Program-made: the position numbers and the translations under genes
The notes under the pieces: model-generated
The model's database searches: none
Told to the model about the DNA's origin: nothing
Seen by the model: the letters and a program-made list of their open reading frames with translations, nothing else
Source: Eledone cirrhosa
Lineage: Eukaryota
DNA length: 64,000 nucleotides
Assembly (NCBI GenBank): GCA_964016885.1
Contig: OZ024752.1
Coordinates: 31,248,001 to 31,312,000, forward strand
Reading direction: 5' to 3'
Shown here: piece by piece, positions 1-15,507 of the stretch
Numbering within the stretch: the stretch's first letter is position 1
Layout: every line of letters begins with the position of its first letter

Positions 1-167
1 TCCTTGGTGCCGAAGTCTTGGTTGTCGCAATATCTGTCATAGAAGAAAGTTCTCCATCTAAGTCTTTTCGCAAATAGATCGATTTTTTGCGTGAGCATCC
101 GAAGGTAAAGTTTTTTCGGTGGGATTGGGATGTTCTTGGTAGAGAAGTCAATGTTGTGTTTTCGCAT
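1..167 (-). CDS. N-terminus of a Naiad-type PLE polyprotein (family A), running off the window edge
   Basis: Hand translation from ATG at 167: MRKHNIDFSTKNIPIPPKKLYLRMLTQKIDLFAKRLRWRTFFY..., matching the S-x-KNIPIP and F-x-KR-x-RW-x-x-FF N-terminal motifs typical of Naiad PLEs. Not in the ORF track. Confidence 0.8.
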   Translation of the reverse strand, partial: MRKHNIDFSTKNIPIPPKKLYLRMLTQKIDLFAKRLRWRTFFYDRYCDNQDFGTK

Positions 168-352
168 GGTGCGGGTGAAATGAATTGAGCTTAGCGGAAA
201 AGTCTGGATACGGCGTGGTAGGGTCGGAAAGTGCTCTACTACGGGAGTAGGAGCTAGATAACGAAGGAAATGTGGTAAGGAACCAGGTGGACCATAACGC
301 ACCAAAGTACTCAATACTTGAGGTAGTAGAGTGGGTAATAGGAACCAGTAAG

Positions 353-446
353 ACCCCGACAGCTGAGCTCAAGCCGTTTCGACGGCTAATTCGGGACTAA
401 ATGAAAATTTATCCTGGTATTTAAATAGCCGATCTTCTCAAGGGGT
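353..446 (-). ncRNA. Type I hammerhead ribozyme with U3:A8 core variant (family A)
   Basis: ACCCC-UUGAGAA-GAUCGGCUA...UAGCCGUC-GAAA-CGGCU(UGAGCUC)AGCU-GUC/GGGGU. Stems I, II and III all pair; predicted cleavage after GUC (357|358). Confidence 0.7.
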
Positions 447-855
447 AATTCCATATATGGTCAAAGTGATTGTCAAAAATCAGTAGTAATTCTGTGGTTG
501 CAAATTAGTAGGGGAGATGGTGGCTAAACCTGCCAGTAGGAGAAAGAGGGGAGGGGGTGGAGTAGACCCAATCAAGCGTTGGTAGTGCCAGCTACAGCTG
601 GGCATGAGGTCAAAGAAGATACAGGGGAGGGGGAGGGGGAGGAAGTCGGAACGGTAGGTAGAACAATGGGGGGTAGAAATAGGAAATAAAAAATACTGAG
701 AGTGAAGAAAAGCAAATAAGTGTAAAGAAAAAAGTAAAGTAAATTAAATTCTACGACCTAGGTGTCAGGCTATTGTTAGGCTAGAATAAAATAAAGAAAG
801 AAAGAAAGAAGTAAATAAATAAATAAATAAATAAATAACGAAATAAGTAAAAGAA

Positions 856-1206
856 CTAGGTGGTACATGCAGTAACCAGTTCATCTTTCTTGTTTAGGAG
901 TTGGTCCGTCGAAAACAGCATTTGTAAAGTTTCCTCCGAGCATAAATTGCACGGACAGCGTCCTCCCGTGTAAGAAATGGCTCTGGACAGTAATCTCCAA
1001 GTGAGATCATAGGTGATGTTGTTGTCCTTGAGGTCCCATATGTGGCCCGAAAGTGTAGTGGCGTGACGCCGGGTCGGGTTTCGGAAGGTATGTCTATGTT
1101 GGTATAGCCGGGTCTTGAAGTCACATGCGGTAAGTCCTATATAGGCTTTGTTGGAGGTAACCGTCCTCACGTTGCACTGGTAGATCACATTACGGTCTCT
1201 GCAACC
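856..1206 (-). pseudogene. GIY-YIG endonuclease fragment of Naiad-type PLE
   Basis: VIYQCNV...AYIGLT..DFKTRL..H..TF...TTLSGHIWDLK...W...CNLCSEE...LLNKKDEL; 5'-truncated. Confidence 0.9.
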
Positions 1207-1225
1207 AGATAGTTGTTTATATATA

Positions 1226-1270
1226 TAGTCATAGTCCTTTCGTCACACACTCTGTGACCTCTTCAGTGAC
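1226..1270 (-). ncRNA. Minimal type I HHR (family B, left arm)
   Basis: GUCA-CUGAAGA-G-GUCACAG(AGU)GUGUGAC-GAAA-GGAC-UA/UGAC. Confidence 0.6.
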
Positions 1271-1626
1271 AGGGGATTCCTTTCTTCGTTTCTGTGCCTT
1301 TCCTTTCTTCTATCCTACGCCATTTTGTTTCTGTGTGTGTGTTGTGTGCTCAGTTTGCGCATGCGTCACATCCGGGTGTCTGTGTGTGTTTGTGTTCATT
1401 TTTCTATTTTTCTATTTCTATTTTTCTATTTGTTTATTTATTTATTTATTTATTGTTGGTTGGTTGTTTGTTCTATGTGTGTGTGTTTTCATTTTGTGTG
1501 TGTTTTCATTTTGTGTGTGTTTTCAATTGTAAGTTGTTTGTTCTATGTGTGTGTGTGTTTTCATTTTGTCCTTAGTTGTAAGTTGTGATGTTGCTGTTCC
1601 ACTCATATTTTCTATATATATATATA

Positions 1627-1675
<49 letters not shown>

Positions 1676-1977
1676 AAATGAAAACACACACACACATAGA
1701 ACAAACAACTTACAATTGAAAACACACACAAAATGAAAACACACACAGGACAAAATGAAAACACACACACACATAGAACAAACAACCAACCAACAATAAA
1801 TAAATAAATAAATAAACAAATAGAAAAATATAAATAGAAAAATAGAAAAATGAACACAAACACACACAGACACCCGGATGTGGCGCATGCGCAAACTGAG
1901 CACACAACACACACACAGAAACAAAATGGCGTAGGATAGAAGAAAGGAAAGGCACAGAAACGAAGAAAGGAATCCCC

Positions 1978-2022
1978 AGTCACTGAAGAGGTCACACAGT
2001 GTGTGACGAAAAGACTATGACT
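1978..2022 (+). ncRNA. Minimal type I HHR (family B, right arm)
   Basis: AGUCA-CUGAAGA-G-GUCACAC(AGU)GUGUGAC-GAAA-AGAC-UA/UGACU; stem III mismatched. Confidence 0.6.
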
Positions 2023-2188
2023 ATATATATAAACAACTATCTGGTTGTGGAACCAACCAACCAACCAGAAATTTATAAGTTTGTAAATTTGTCAATTTGT
2101 AAGTTTACAAATATATAATAAATTGAAGTGAAAGCAACTGGTGCGTGTGTTTCTTATTGGCAACATGACCCTCCCAAAGTATAACAAT

Positions 2189-2345
2189 ATATATATATAT
2201 ATTTATATATATTAATATATATATTTATATATATTAATATATATATTTATTTATATATATATATATATATATTTATTTATATATATATTTATTTATATAT
2301 ATATATATTTATTTATATATATATATATTTATTTATATATATATA

Positions 2346-2382
<37 letters not shown>

Positions 2383-2513
2383 TTATATATATATATTTAT
2401 TTATATATATATATTTATATACATATATATATATTTATTTATATATATATATTTATATACATATATATATATTTATATACATATATATATATTTATATAC
2501 ATATATATATATT

Positions 2514-2588
<75 letters not shown>

Positions 2589-2651
2589 ATTTATTTATAT
2601 ATATATATATTTATTTATATATATATATATTTATTTATATATATATATATT

Positions 2652-2686
<35 letters not shown>

Positions 2687-2695
2687 ATATTTATT

Positions 2696-2728
<33 letters not shown>

Positions 2729-2740
2729 ATATATATATTT
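2189..2740. repeat. (TA)n / TTTA(TA)n array
   Basis: Direct inspection. Confidence 0.98.
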
Positions 2741-2934
2741 ATAGATAATTTAATATGTCAACTAACATAAGCGCACAGATGCACGCCTATGCCAGCAAAT
2801 ACACAGGTTATGTCATAGTACCTAGGTGGTTCAATGCAGGAGGATGCAGAACAATAATATAAAAGACGTAAAATAAGAAAATCTTTTTCAAAAAAATTTT
2901 TTTTTAAATATTTTACTTACTTACTTAAATTTTC

Positions 2935-3016
2935 ACTCCAACTAATTAGTTTCTGCAATGGGATAAAGACAGTTACGTAATCTATCTGTCGAGAATTCAT
3001 TGCGTCATCAGGGAGT
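2935..3016 (-). ncRNA. Type I HHR (family C)
   Basis: ACUCC-CUGAUGA-C-GCAAUG...CAUUGC-A-GAAA-CUAAUUAG-UU/GGAGU; palindromic stem III ACUAAUUAGU. Confidence 0.85.
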
Positions 3017-3594
3017 CATTCTCAGCTAAGTCTCCAGGCAATGCGCGGACACTGGCGGCTCATATAAAAATAATAATAATTCGGTAGATAGAACAGCTGG
3101 CGAGGACTGAATTCTATGTACTGAAATCCTCACTGCTTCTAGTCAAATGGCCGATTCTAAAGAATCAATCACGTGACACAGAGGCTAGTCAGAAGGAATG
3201 GGATGGTAAGATGACTGACGCCTACTAACACCCCAAAAAGAAAATTTTTTAGAAGTGGTTTTGGCAGGTTTGCTCGACAAATCAGTGATTTGGAGATAAA
3301 TATAGATAATTTAATATATCAACTAACATAAGCGCACAGATGCACGCCTATGCCAGCAAATACACAGGTTATGTCATAGTACCTAGGTGGTTCAATGCAG
3401 GAGGATGCAGAACAATAATATAAATGACGTAAAATAAGAAAATCTTTTTCAAAAAATTTTTTTTTTAAATATTTTACTTACTTACTTAAATTTTCACTCC
3501 AACTAATTAGTTTCTGCAATGGGATAAAGACAGTTACGTAATCTATCTGTCGAGAATTCATTGCCTGCATTGCCTGGAAACTTAGCTGAGAATG

Positions 3595-3676
3595 ACTCCC
3601 TGATGACGCAATGAATTCTCGACAGATAGATTACGTAACTGTCTTTATCCCATTGCAGAAACTAATTAGTTGGAGT
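3595..3676 (+). ncRNA. Type I HHR (family C, inverted arm)
   Basis: Same motif: CTGATGA 3600-3606, GAAA 3658-3661. Confidence 0.85.
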
Positions 3677-3747
3677 GAAAATTTAAGTAAGTAAAATATT
3701 TTTAAAAAAAATTTTTTGAAAAAGATTTTCTTATTTTACGTCTTTTA

Positions 3748-6405
<2,658 letters not shown>

Positions 6406-6674
6406 GCGGCGATGAATTAGTTTTGCGAGGTTTTTTATATGAAATCGTGTGTCGAAACAGATATTGTTATATTTGGGGAGGGTCATATTTGCGTAATATT
6501 GCCAGAATTAATAACAGAACACACTCACTGTTTGGTTGGTTTTCGCTTCTCGCTGTCTTTTATATATATATATCTGCGATCTAACTTACTCGGTCCTCAA
6601 TGTTGCCATTGACTGACCGGCGGTCAAAAATAAAATAATACAGATACAATATAGACAAACACATATATATATAG

Positions 6675-6722
6675 TTTACATAAATCTTTCGTTGCACATC
6701 TGCAACATCGTCAGTGGTGTTA
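6675..6722 (-). ncRNA. Minimal type I HHR (family D)
   Basis: CUGACGA-U-GUUGCA(GAUG)UGCAAC-GAAA-GAUU-UA; stem I weak. Confidence 0.6.
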
Positions 6723-6981
6723 TATTCATTGTTCCTCCTGTTGTGTTGTATGTCTACGCCATTTTTTTTTTTTTTTTTTTGTTCAGTCCGTCTATATATT
6801 TATTTATTTATTTGCTTGTTTGTTTATCTTATTTTATTTTGTCTTCTTTGCGCATGCGTTTGCGTGTGTGATGTGTGACTAGTGTGTATAGTGTTGTGTC
6901 TGCTGGGTGACTAGTGTGTGTTTATGTGCTTGTGTATGTATTTATTTATCTTATTTTATTTAATTTAATTTACTTATTTAT

Positions 6982-9855
6982 TTATACTTCTCTTAGGTCA
7001 GTGTTGTTTGTTTGGGTGTTGTTGTTGTTCCACTCATTCTTTCTGTTTAGCTTTGGTCTTCTAATTTCTATTTCACTGGCCTCTCTGATTTGCCTATCTG
7101 CTGGGTCATTCCTATGTTTAGATATTATTCTAATTTCTATGTTGTCTATGTTACCGTCATGATGTTGTCTAGCATGTTCGTATAGTACTGACCCGTTTTT
7201 TCGTCCTTTTAGTTCCCCCCAGTGTTGGTCTATCCTTTCACCTATGCTACGAGCTGTCTCACCTATGTATGTTGTTGTCGTGTTTCTGCAAGTACCCTCT
7301 GTACATCTTATGCTATAGACTACGTTTCTAGTTTTACAGTTTATCCGGGGGTTCACCTTACATATGATACATTTCCTATTGGTACAGTGGGTTTTCTTAA
7401 AAGGGTAGGTTTTGCTGATCAGGGATTTTATGGTGGTTCCTGGATTTTCTACCACCTTTATTTTTAAGTGGGTCTTTCTCAGGGTCTTTCTCAGGGCCTT
7501 TCTACACTGCTTAGCTAATTTCCCTCCAGGGGTGGCGTCCACAAACATGACACTCTGATATCTCTGGTTGTCGTACCATGATGTGGCCTTCCCTATCTTA
7601 TGTCTAGCCCTATCTAAGCTATTCCATGATTTGCTCCTGTATAGTGGGCAAATTCCTTTCATGTCCAGTTCTATGAGGGTCTTATACTTTTCCATGGCTC
7701 CTTCGTATACTCTGACTCTGTCTCTTTGGTTGTAGCCAGAGAACTGCATGCGGTTGATGAAGTGTTGGATGTGTCCTTCCATTTCTGTTGGGTCGCACAT
7801 GCTGGACACATTCTTCATCACTCGTACCAAATCTGCGATCAGAATATTAAACTTAGCACTACTGGACATTGCTGAGTTTTTGAGTATCAGGTATTTGGAG
7901 GCCATGGGTTTAGCATAGTGTGAGTGGAGAATTTGGGCTCTCTCGTCTATAGTGTTAATCCAGAGTTCTGTGTCTAATACAGGTAGTCTATTGTTAGGGT
8001 GTTTGGAAGGGAAGTCTATAGTTACAGTTATACTCTGGTGTATGGAATTAGCTATCTGCTGGATGCTTTCCATCGTGCTACGTTCTAAATCAAACTTGTT
8101 AGTGCTCTCTAGTGGGGGTGTTCTTATAACTATATTGATATCGTCTACATAACGAGAGTACATGATGAGGTCTATGGAGCTTTCATTAAGGAGATCTTTA
8201 AGTCTCCTTTCCCACCATACCATGAAAAGGTTGGCAACATCGCCAGCTATGCTGACGCCGATGGCTGCTCCCTCATTTTGGGTGTAGATTTTCTCATTGA
8301 ACTTAAATATGTGGCCCTTTAGGGTAGTTTTGATACTAGCCCCTATTGCATGTGCGACCATTTTTCTTACCTGATCAGTGTTTTGGGGGGTCCGTATAGC
8401 TTTGGTCCACCCAATCCACCTTCCTATGGGAGTCTTTTTAGCCATTGAGGTTATGGTGGGGGGTCTACCTCTTATAGGTCTACTAGGGCAGAAACATCTA
8501 AGGTCATGGCTGTCTAGGTAGTCAGTGTCGTAGGTAAGTCTAAGTAGGAGGCCCAGTTCGTCTGTGTCGACGTTGCAGAACTCCACCTCACTCTCAATGA
8601 TCATCTCTACACATCTTTTCACAGCAAAATCAATGTTAATGGATGGGTACAGTGACACCACATCCATGCTGCCTATTATGCAGTTGGATAGGCTCCTGTT
8701 TTTGTTGCACTCACTGATTCTGCTGAGGAGGTCCTCTGTACTTTCACATACATCTGGGGACATCTTGATTATGGGGCGTATAACCATTGAGAGGAAGTAG
8801 GAGATCCTGTAGTTGCTAGCTATATTAGCTCCGCATACAGGTCTTGTTGGTGGTCCTGTTGTCGGGTCGTCGACTGTCTTGTGGTCTTTGCAGAGCCCAT
8901 ACAAGGGTGGTATGCCATTGTTAGACGCCTGGAAGTTGTTGGCAGTGCGTCTGCTTGGCTTTAGGATGTCAGTCCACATCATCATGTGAGCGTTGAGGAT
9001 TTTTTCTCTCCCATCGTGTGTTAGTTGTGCAACTTCGCTCGTGTTGGTGATGTGGGGTTGCATTGCCTCGATGTAGTTCGGCATGCTATCTATTGACATC
9101 CTACCAGACTTATCTGTGGGTAGACACACTACCTCACCATCCCTTGTGCGCTGCTTGAGGCTAACCAAGCCTTCTACAGGTTTTATCCCAAGTTGTTGGG
9201 CCTCTGGTCTGCTCTGTCTCATAGTGTACCTGTCTACTACTTGTCTAATCTTATTTCTAGCTATGGTGAACTGTGCCTCCGTCTCGTCATCTATTTGTTG
9301 TGGTATGCAAACTCTTTTATTAAAGGGTAACCTCGTAGGATAGATATTACCCATCTTATATGTTTTGTCAGCTGGGTTGAAAAATAGTTTCTCTAAGGGG
9401 TTGTCATTATTTCTATCGTCATAGTTGTGTGTGTTGCTATTATTATTATCATGGTGGTTGTTGTTGTTTCTATCATTAGCTTTAATATTATTATCGTTAT
9501 GATTGCTAGATGTATTGTTGTTTACTTCACCGTTATTGTTGTTGTTGTTACTGCTATTTCTACCATTGTGGTTGTTACTATTATTATGTTTCTTGTTTTT
9601 GTTGATGTTGCTACATGTACTATTTCCATTACTACCACTGTGGTTATTGTTGTTGTTGTTGTTCGTATTGTTACCGTTATTACTACTGTGGTCACTGTTG
9701 CTGTGTCTGTGGTTAACGTTTCTATTATTATTATTATTGTGGTTGTTGTTGTTCTGTCTATCGCTAGTATTATTACCATTATCACTATTTCTCACTTTCC
9801 TGCCATTGTTATGGTTATGGCTGTTATTTCTATACCCAGAGTTATTTCTATACCC
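6982..9855 (-). CDS. PLE reverse transcriptase + GIY-YIG endonuclease, with Asn-rich N-proximal tract; true start not present
   Basis: PTDKSG, PPLYGLCKDHK, TRPVCG, SMDVVSLYPSI, QNEGAAIG, YSRYVDD, LPVLD, CxxxxCxxC linker, VVYSIRC..YIGETARS..R...H, IREA..I...P.LN. The track's start at 9921 runs through TA and the neighbouring element. Confidence 0.9.
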   Translation of the reverse strand, partial: GYRNNSGYRNNSHNHNNGRKVRNSDNGNNTSDRQNNNNHNNNNNRNVNHRHSNSDHSSNNGNNTNNNNNNNHSGSNGNSTCSNINKNKKHNNSNNHNGRNSSNNNNNNGEVNNNTSSNHNDNNIKANDRNNNNHHDNNNSNTHNYDDRNNDNPLEKLFFNPADKTYKMGNIYPTRLPFNKRVCIPQQIDDETEAQFTIARNKIRQVVDRYTMRQSRPEAQQLGIKPVEGLVSLKQRTRDGEVVCLPTDKSGRMSIDSMPNYIEAMQPHITNTSEVAQLTHDGREKILNAHMMMWTDILKPSRRTANNFQASNNGIPPLYGLCKDHKTVDDPTTGPPTRPVCGANIASNYRISYFLSMVIRPIIKMSPDVCESTEDLLSRISECNKNRSLSNCIIGSMDVVSLYPSINIDFAVKRCVEMIIESEVEFCNVDTDELGLLLRLTYDTDYLDSHDLRCFCPSRPIRGRPPTITSMAKKTPIGRWIGWTKAIRTPQNTDQVRKMVAHAIGASIKTTLKGHIFKFNEKIYTQNEGAAIGVSIAGDVANLFMVWWERRLKDLLNESSIDLIMYSRYVDDINIVIRTPPLESTNKFDLERSTMESIQQIANSIHQSITVTIDFPSKHPNNRLPVLDTELWINTIDERAQILHSHYAKPMASKYLILKNSAMSSSAKFNILIADLVRVMKNVSSMCDPTEMEGHIQHFINRMQFSGYNQRDRVRVYEGAMEKYKTLIELDMKGICPLYRSKSWNSLDRARHKIGKATSWYDNQRYQSVMFVDATPGGKLAKQCRKALRKTLRKTHLKIKVVENPGTTIKSLISKTYPFKKTHCTNRKCIICKVNPRINCKTRNVVYSIRCTEGTCRNTTTTYIGETARSIGERIDQHWGELKGRKNGSVLYEHARQHHDGNIDNIEIRIISKHRNDPADRQIREASEIEIRRPKLNRKNEWNNNNTQTNNTDLREV

Positions 9856-9956
9856 ATAAATATATATATATATATATATATATAAATATATATATTTATA
9901 GAAAACTATTACACAAAACATTCAAAAAATTCAAAAACTTTAACCTTAGTATTACC

Positions 9957-11276
9957 ATGGACAAAAACACCAAAAACGTCAACTTCCTAGACGCCACACT
10001 CTACTTAGACTCAATGATATATACACCTTTCCACAAACCTAATGAAAAACTCATCTACGTAGATACCAAGTCTAACCACCCTAAATCTATATTGAACTCT
10101 ATCTCTAAGGGAGTATCTAATAGAATCTCTAATCTATCCTATGACATAAACACATTTAACAATAACTCGCAGTATTATAATCAGGCATTAGCTAGATCAG
10201 GCCATAATACAGGGATAGAGTTCCTACCTACAAAAACACATAGCTACAACATTATTTCACACAACATGTCCATGGGAAAATTTAATAATAAGAATAGCAA
10301 CTGCACACACACTAATAGGAATTGTAACAACAAAAGTAACCCACACCACAGAATTGACCATAGGAACATTAAAGGAAACAAATCACCAGACATAAAAAAC
10401 AGAAATAGAAGAAGAAATAATACATTTTTCAACCCTCCTTTCAATTTAAACGTCTCGACCAACCTTCCTAGGGCTTTCTTCTCACTACTAGATAAACACT
10501 TCCCATCCGGCCACAGGTACCACGGCCTTTTAAACAAAAACACTATTAAGATCTCATACTCTACTACGCCTAACTTAGCATACCACATAGCTAGTACTAA
10601 TAAAAGAAAAATTAATTCTTACTTCCAACAAACTAAATCACAACGGTCGATAAACCTTCAAAATAACATTCATAATGACAATCAAAGTAACATTATAACA
10701 AATAACCGTAATATCAATGGAAATAGTAGTAATAACACTAGTGTGAACATTAACGCTGCGTACCACAACCCGCATAACCATAACCCTATAGCTAACCTCC
10801 AAACTTCTACACAGCATAGTAACCGGCAGACTAGCACCCAGAGTAATTGTAACTGTAGATCAAGTAGAACCTGCCCTTTAGATAAAAAATGCTTAACCAA
10901 GGATATCATATACTCATGTACAGTCACAACTAACAGCTCTTCTGAAACCTACATAGGCTCCACTTCTAACTGCTTCAAAACTAGATACAATTCGCACCTC
11001 CACTCTTTCAAAAAACACAGTCTAGCCAACTCCACTTCACTATCTAGCTACATACACTATCTAAAAACTAAAAATAAAATATATACACTTAAATGGGAAG
11101 TGGTAGGTGGTGCAACATCGTACAAACCACCTGATAAATTTTGTAACCTCTGTCTACTAGAGACCCATACTATCATCTTCTCTAAACGTAATCTCCTTAA
11201 TAAAAAATCAGAAGTGTTCGCAAATTGCCAACACCGCTTCCGACACTCGTTCCAAAACTTTAAACCCTATATATAA
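9957..11276 (+). CDS. Naiad PLE RT C-terminus/thumb + CNC..CPL..C linker + GIY-YIG (partial)
   Basis: VNFLDATL, SNHP, FNPPF, KISYS, CNCRSSRTCPLDKKC, IIYSCTV..YIGST..FKTRY..H, CNLC..E, LLNKKSE...CQH. Confidence 0.92.
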   Translation: MDKNTKNVNFLDATLYLDSMIYTPFHKPNEKLIYVDTKSNHPKSILNSISKGVSNRISNLSYDINTFNNNSQYYNQALARSGHNTGIEFLPTKTHSYNIISHNMSMGKFNNKNSNCTHTNRNCNNKSNPHHRIDHRNIKGNKSPDIKNRNRRRNNTFFNPPFNLNVSTNLPRAFFSLLDKHFPSGHRYHGLLNKNTIKISYSTTPNLAYHIASTNKRKINSYFQQTKSQRSINLQNNIHNDNQSNIITNNRNINGNSSNNTSVNINAAYHNPHNHNPIANLQTSTQHSNRQTSTQSNCNCRSSRTCPLDKKCLTKDIIYSCTVTTNSSSETYIGSTSNCFKTRYNSHLHSFKKHSLANSTSLSSYIHYLKTKNKIYTLKWEVVGGATSYKPPDKFCNLCLLETHTIIFSKRNLLNKKSEVFANCQHRFRHSFQNFKPYI

Positions 11277-12841
11277 TAATGTCAGACTGGAACCGGCACC
11301 ACCCCTAGCAATTAACATCAGTAGCACACCTTACACCTCACATCCACACCCATCTCTATACTCTAAAGATAATACTGACAGCATTTGAGTGCCACCTACC
11401 CTGGGAATACCCACTTATACCTCTAATACCGATATACCGACCGTAGACTACTTATTCTGCATTGCACAAATATAAGATTAGTATAAAATGGGGACACGGT
11501 ACTGGTTGTGATAGCATAGTCCTGTACATGGATTACCACCAAGAGATAGATTGATGAATAGATAGATAATCATATTGTTAAGTGAGTATATACTGTAAGC
11601 GACCAGTTCATTGAATTATGCACGTAATCATCTTGATGTGGACTCCTTTAATACCTATTGATAGACTCCACTCTAGCTTGGAGATGTGATACATAATTGA
11701 TTTATATTTGAGACGGGGGTTGTCTATTACCTGATGGCCAGACTAGTGCGTTTATGTGAGAGATCGGGCCTCCGGACCATACCGAAGATTTACTGGAGAT
11801 GCAGGCAAGCAATGACCCGGAGCATACCGGGTGACATATATAATAGTGGGACCATACCAGGTCCTACTGTTGTATTACATTTGCATTGAACAGTGACTTG
11901 AGAGCCCGACTCCTCTTATAGAACGTTTAGGTATGACACCCCTTAATTATTGGTTGGCAATCATCCTAGTATATACACCCTTGTACTTCTTAATGAACAA
12001 CTCCCTAACTTATAAATGGGTACCATACTCTAGATATTAGTTATAACTTCACATGATAGGCACCTATTTGATTCACCATTAATGTAGTTTAGCATAGTAA
12101 TGTAACTAAAATAACTAGCTAGTTACCTCCCCTTACGCATTAGTTCCCCTTAATCATTCAGGCACTTCCGGAATTTGGACAGCATGATATATTAATTAAG
12201 AACCGACTGGATACCGTTTATAGCTTGACTATATGCTGAACCACTGCGAATTATACGATAGACGCATGTTCTCTATATATATTGCGTCTCATGGATTATG
12301 TGAGTGGTGGTGTGGGCAAAGACAGTGGTACGACCTTACCTACGATACAACAAGGTTTATAGTATGTTGAAAGTTTTTGACATTTTGGTGTTTCCCCGCA
12401 TCCGAGACTGTATATCATACAGATGTATGAGAATTAATGACCTAATAATTCAGCATATATTATAAGATCGATTGCCTGCTTCAACTGCCTGACCCTGCAA
12501 ATATCATTCTGACGCACTCTAATCATGTATAGATAAGACAAGCGTGCATGCTACACGCGAAATTGCTTCATGCACTGACTACTCTAAGCTTTCCTCTTGC
12601 TTTATCTTCATAGACTGCCAACGCTTCATGTTTATCTTTATTTTCACTCTTGCTTTTATTTTATTTTATTTTATTTTATTTTATTATTATCATGTAACAC
12701 TTTATTTTTATCATGTAACACTTTATATGTAAATTGCCATGCTATTTCATTTGATGAATGTCACCCCACTGTTGATCAATATGCCCATATGTTTTATGTG
12801 TCTCTTGGGTTGAAAAGGAGGTCAAGTATGTTATAAATAAC

Positions 12842-12888
12842 TGCTCCGAAGAATCCAAACCTCGGTTTGGAGGAAACAATTGTAAGCA
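12842..12888 (+). ncRNA. Minimal type I HHR with C4 core variant (family E)
   Basis: UGCU-CCGAAGA-A-UCCAAAC(CUCG)GUUUGGA-G-GAAA-CAAUUG-UA/AGCA; palindromic stem III. Confidence 0.75.
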
Positions 12889-12930
12889 AATAAATGACTT
12901 ATACTGAACTTTGATTACTGTAATCTCTAT

Positions 12931-15507
<2,577 letters not shown>

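Larger units (their letters stand above)
1..1208 (-). mobile_element. Naiad-type PLE family A, partial tandem (GIY-YIG end + 3'UTR/pLTR followed by the start of the next ORF)
   Basis: Minus-strand order: endonuclease C-terminus (1208-856), 3'UTR with HHR, pLTR end at 258, new ORF start at 167. This is the classic PLE partial-tandem layout. Confidence 0.85.
1202..2188 (+). mobile_element. Fold-back PLE pLTR remnant (family B): inverted arms ~1202-1568 / ~1673-2047 plus 141-bp tail
   Basis: Arms are reverse complements and each carries an HHR. The terminus GACCCTCCCAAAGTATAACAAT resembles the family D end (6461-6485 rc). Confidence 0.8.
2741..3747 (-). mobile_element. Non-coding HHR-bearing partial tandem (561-bp unit, ~1.5 copies) plus inverted arm; retrozyme-like/non-autonomous PLE (family C)
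   Basis: 2741-3003 is repeated at 3302-3564; 3567-3747 is an inverted copy; no ORF; TA on both sides. Confidence 0.8.
6406..9857 (-). mobile_element. PLE family D (non-Naiad, Cys-rich linker), 5'-truncated, tailed 3' end
   Basis: RT + GIY-YIG ORF, 3'UTR with HHR, ends in TA; near-identical partial copy at 20950-22599. Confidence 0.92.
9900..12930 (+). mobile_element. Naiad-type PLE family E, 5'-truncated, ~1.65-kb 3'UTR
   Basis: ORF with RT thumb and GIY-YIG, HHR near the 3' end, terminates in TA. Confidence 0.9.
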
